From the IMG/VR virus record IMGVR_UViG_3300035526_000093, positions 1 through 28,158 of that record: a stretch of DNA of 28,158 bases; one strand, 5' to 3'. Position numbers and translations under genes: made by a program. Source of the stretch: a virus (Duplodnaviria; Caudoviricetes). Positions 26,980 through 28,158 of the stretch are shown piece after piece. Position 1 is the first letter of the stretch; every line of letters starts with the position of its first letter. The notes below the pieces were generated by a model. It was not told the origin of the DNA, made no database searches, and worked only from the letters and a program-made list of their open reading frames with translations.

Positions 26980-27050
26980 TAGCAGACACTGTAGGAGCTG
27001 AACCCATTAGAGCAGGATTTGGAGTCCTGTGAAGCTCCCACTACTTCTTT
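26980..27050 (-). pseudogene. Degenerate tRNA-Trp(CCA)
   Basis: Intact anticodon arm CAGGA-CT-CCA-AA-TCCTG, but decayed D-arm, T-arm and acceptor stem. Confidence 0.55.
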
Positions 27051-27070
27051 AATCTTCGGTACCTATTTAT

Positions 27071-27149
27071 TGGTGGAAGATATCGGATTTGAACCGATCT
27101 GAAATCCTCAGTGCAAGTGAGGCGACCACCCCTAGCAGTCCCATCCCCC
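27071..27149 (-). tRNA. tRNA-Ala(TGC)
   Basis: G3.U70 pair; CCTCA-CT-TGC-AC-TGAGG; A73-CCA. Confidence 0.88.
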
Positions 27150-27160
27150 ATGTGGTTAAT

Positions 27161-27251
27161 TGGAGGCGGGTGTGGGATTCGAACCCACGGGTGCTTGTGA
27201 CACCTCCGGTTTTCAGGACCGGTGCAATAAGCCAGACTCTACCAACCCGCC
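27161..27251 (-). tRNA. tRNA-Ser(TGA)
   Basis: CCGGT-CC-TGA-AA-ACCGG; long variable arm; CCA encoded. Confidence 0.9.
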
Positions 27252-27260
27252 AATCTTTTA

Positions 27261-27445
27261 ATGTAAGGAATAGTCAACAATAGTGTTTTTTCCGTGTGCT
27301 AACCAATTACACTACCTCCCCATGAAGTTTGTTTTACAAATGTAATACACACATTAAATGTGTTTTATATGGCGGCGCGGACAGGATTCGAACCTGCGTC
27401 TCGGACTCATAATGTCGATGTAACTATTGTTTATCACCATTACAT
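27261..27445 (-). ncRNA. Circularly permuted tRNA-like RNA (YrlA/Y RNA-like)
   Basis: Outer stem TGTAA..AACAATAGT / ACTATTGTT..TTACA; T-arm GCAGGTTCGAATCCTGT with CCA precedes D-arm GTGTAATTGGTTAGCAC; TCCG/CGGA junction stem. Confidence 0.7.
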
Positions 27446-27450
27446 AATTA

Positions 27451-27711
27451 TTATTCAATAATTATTTTGCTATTTTTATTTATAGAATTAAGGCACATAC
27501 AAACATACATTTTGCCATTTTTATCAAAGTTTATCCTTCCACGCCTAGTAAAATCAAAATCAGACCTGATTATTTCTTCCACCTTTTTAGCAAAGTTAAC
27601 AATTCGATCTTTCATATACATATCACTAGGAAGAATTTTAACGGTTGTGCGCTCTTTGGCTATTGTAATTTTAGTTTGACTGTTTTCCTTCTCATATACT
27701 TCAAATAACAT
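27451..27711 (-). CDS. Hypothetical protein
   Basis: 86 aa ORF between RNA genes. Confidence 0.6.
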   Translation of the reverse strand: MLFEVYEKENSQTKITIAKERTTVKILPSDMYMKDRIVNFAKKVEEIIRSDFDFTRRGRINFDKNGKMYVCMCLNSINKNSKIIIE

Positions 27712-27728
27712 TACTTGTACCCTTTAAG

Positions 27729-27804
27729 TGGCGGTTCGTAAGGGAATCGAACCCTTATTTCCGGAGAGACAATCCAGCGTCGTGAGCCATTGGATCAACG
27801 AACC
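27729..27804 (-). tRNA. tRNA-Asp(GTC), second divergent copy
   Basis: CTGGA-TT-GTC-TC-TCCGG; G73-CCA. Confidence 0.88.
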
Positions 27805-27817
27805 AAGTTAATTTCTT

Positions 27818-27893
27818 TGGTGGGCCTGGAGAGATTTGAACTCCCGATAACACGGTTATGAGCCGCGCGTCTTAGCCGCTAGACGACAGACCC
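27818..27893 (-). tRNA. tRNA with CAT anticodon (elongator Met or Ile2)
   Basis: CGCGG-CT-CAT-AA-CCGTG; G1-C72 paired; A73-CCA. Confidence 0.88.
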
Positions 27894-28034
27894 AAACTAC
27901 ATAGCAGTCCCTATGGAGTTTCACCACAGAACATCCGGATACTTATCACATATATAAACGGAGAGGACTTTTGGGTATATCCGCATTAGTGGAAACCTCT
28001 TCTCAAATTTACATATGTGACTTTAAATTGAAAG

Positions 28035-28158
28035 TGTAAGGAATTAGTTGATAATAGTATTGTCTTTCTCTATCCAGTTGAGCTACAGGCGGAAACTTGT
28101 ATGGTCCGCCAGGCAGGACTCGAACTTGCAACCTTTTGATTAAGAGTCAAATGCGATG
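28035..28158 (-). ncRNA. Third permuted tRNA-like (YrlA-like) RNA, 5' end outside the window, with a Lys(CTT) anticodon arm
   Basis: T-arm then CTGGCGGA-CCA..TCCGCCTG hairpin, D-arm, and 3' tail ACTATT...ATTCCTTACA matching 27261..27445. Confidence 0.6.

Noticed and set aside
870-27679. Numerous short overlapping ORFs in the track (e.g. 2327..2584, 4536..4871, 19055..19426, 20252..20470, 27089..27283)
   Set aside because: Shadow frames overlapping well-supported genes or tRNAs, with no motifs
28102-28158. Ordinary tRNA-Lys(CTT) truncated by the window edge
   Set aside because: Its acceptor strand pairs with the downstream TCCGCCTG and the flanks match the other permuted element; a YrlA-like call is preferred but not certain
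1-28158. Alternative genetic code (stop-codon reassignment)
   Set aside because: Long genes are intact under the standard code; breaks are explained by introns or frameshifts; no suppressor tRNA seen
1-28158. CRISPR array
   Set aside because: No regularly spaced direct repeats noticed

Overview
AT-rich, densely coding, almost entirely minus-strand segment that looks like a large (jumbo-type) bacteriophage genome. From the left: (i) a PRTRC-type prokaryotic ubiquitin-like conjugation cluster (Ubl, E2-like, JAB, ThiF/E1), with the JAB gene split by a group I intron carrying an antisense LAGLIDADG endonuclease and the E1 gene probably also interrupted; (ii) a compact retron-like module (ncRNA - RT - nucleotidyltransferase) whose predicted msDNA region is a GC-rich, polylinker-like array of ten different 6-bp palindromic restriction/methylation sites; (iii) an RNA-repair cluster (PNK-like kinase, Thg1, two RNA ligases, metallophosphoesterase, 2H phosphoesterase); (iv) PARP, ATP-dependent DNA ligase and NMNAT-Nudix genes; (v) nine intact tRNA genes plus several circularly permuted tRNA-like (YrlA/Y RNA-like) elements; (vi) many homing endonuclease genes that share an upstream GTTATTAAYA motif. 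All calls come from reading motifs by eye; no database searches were run.
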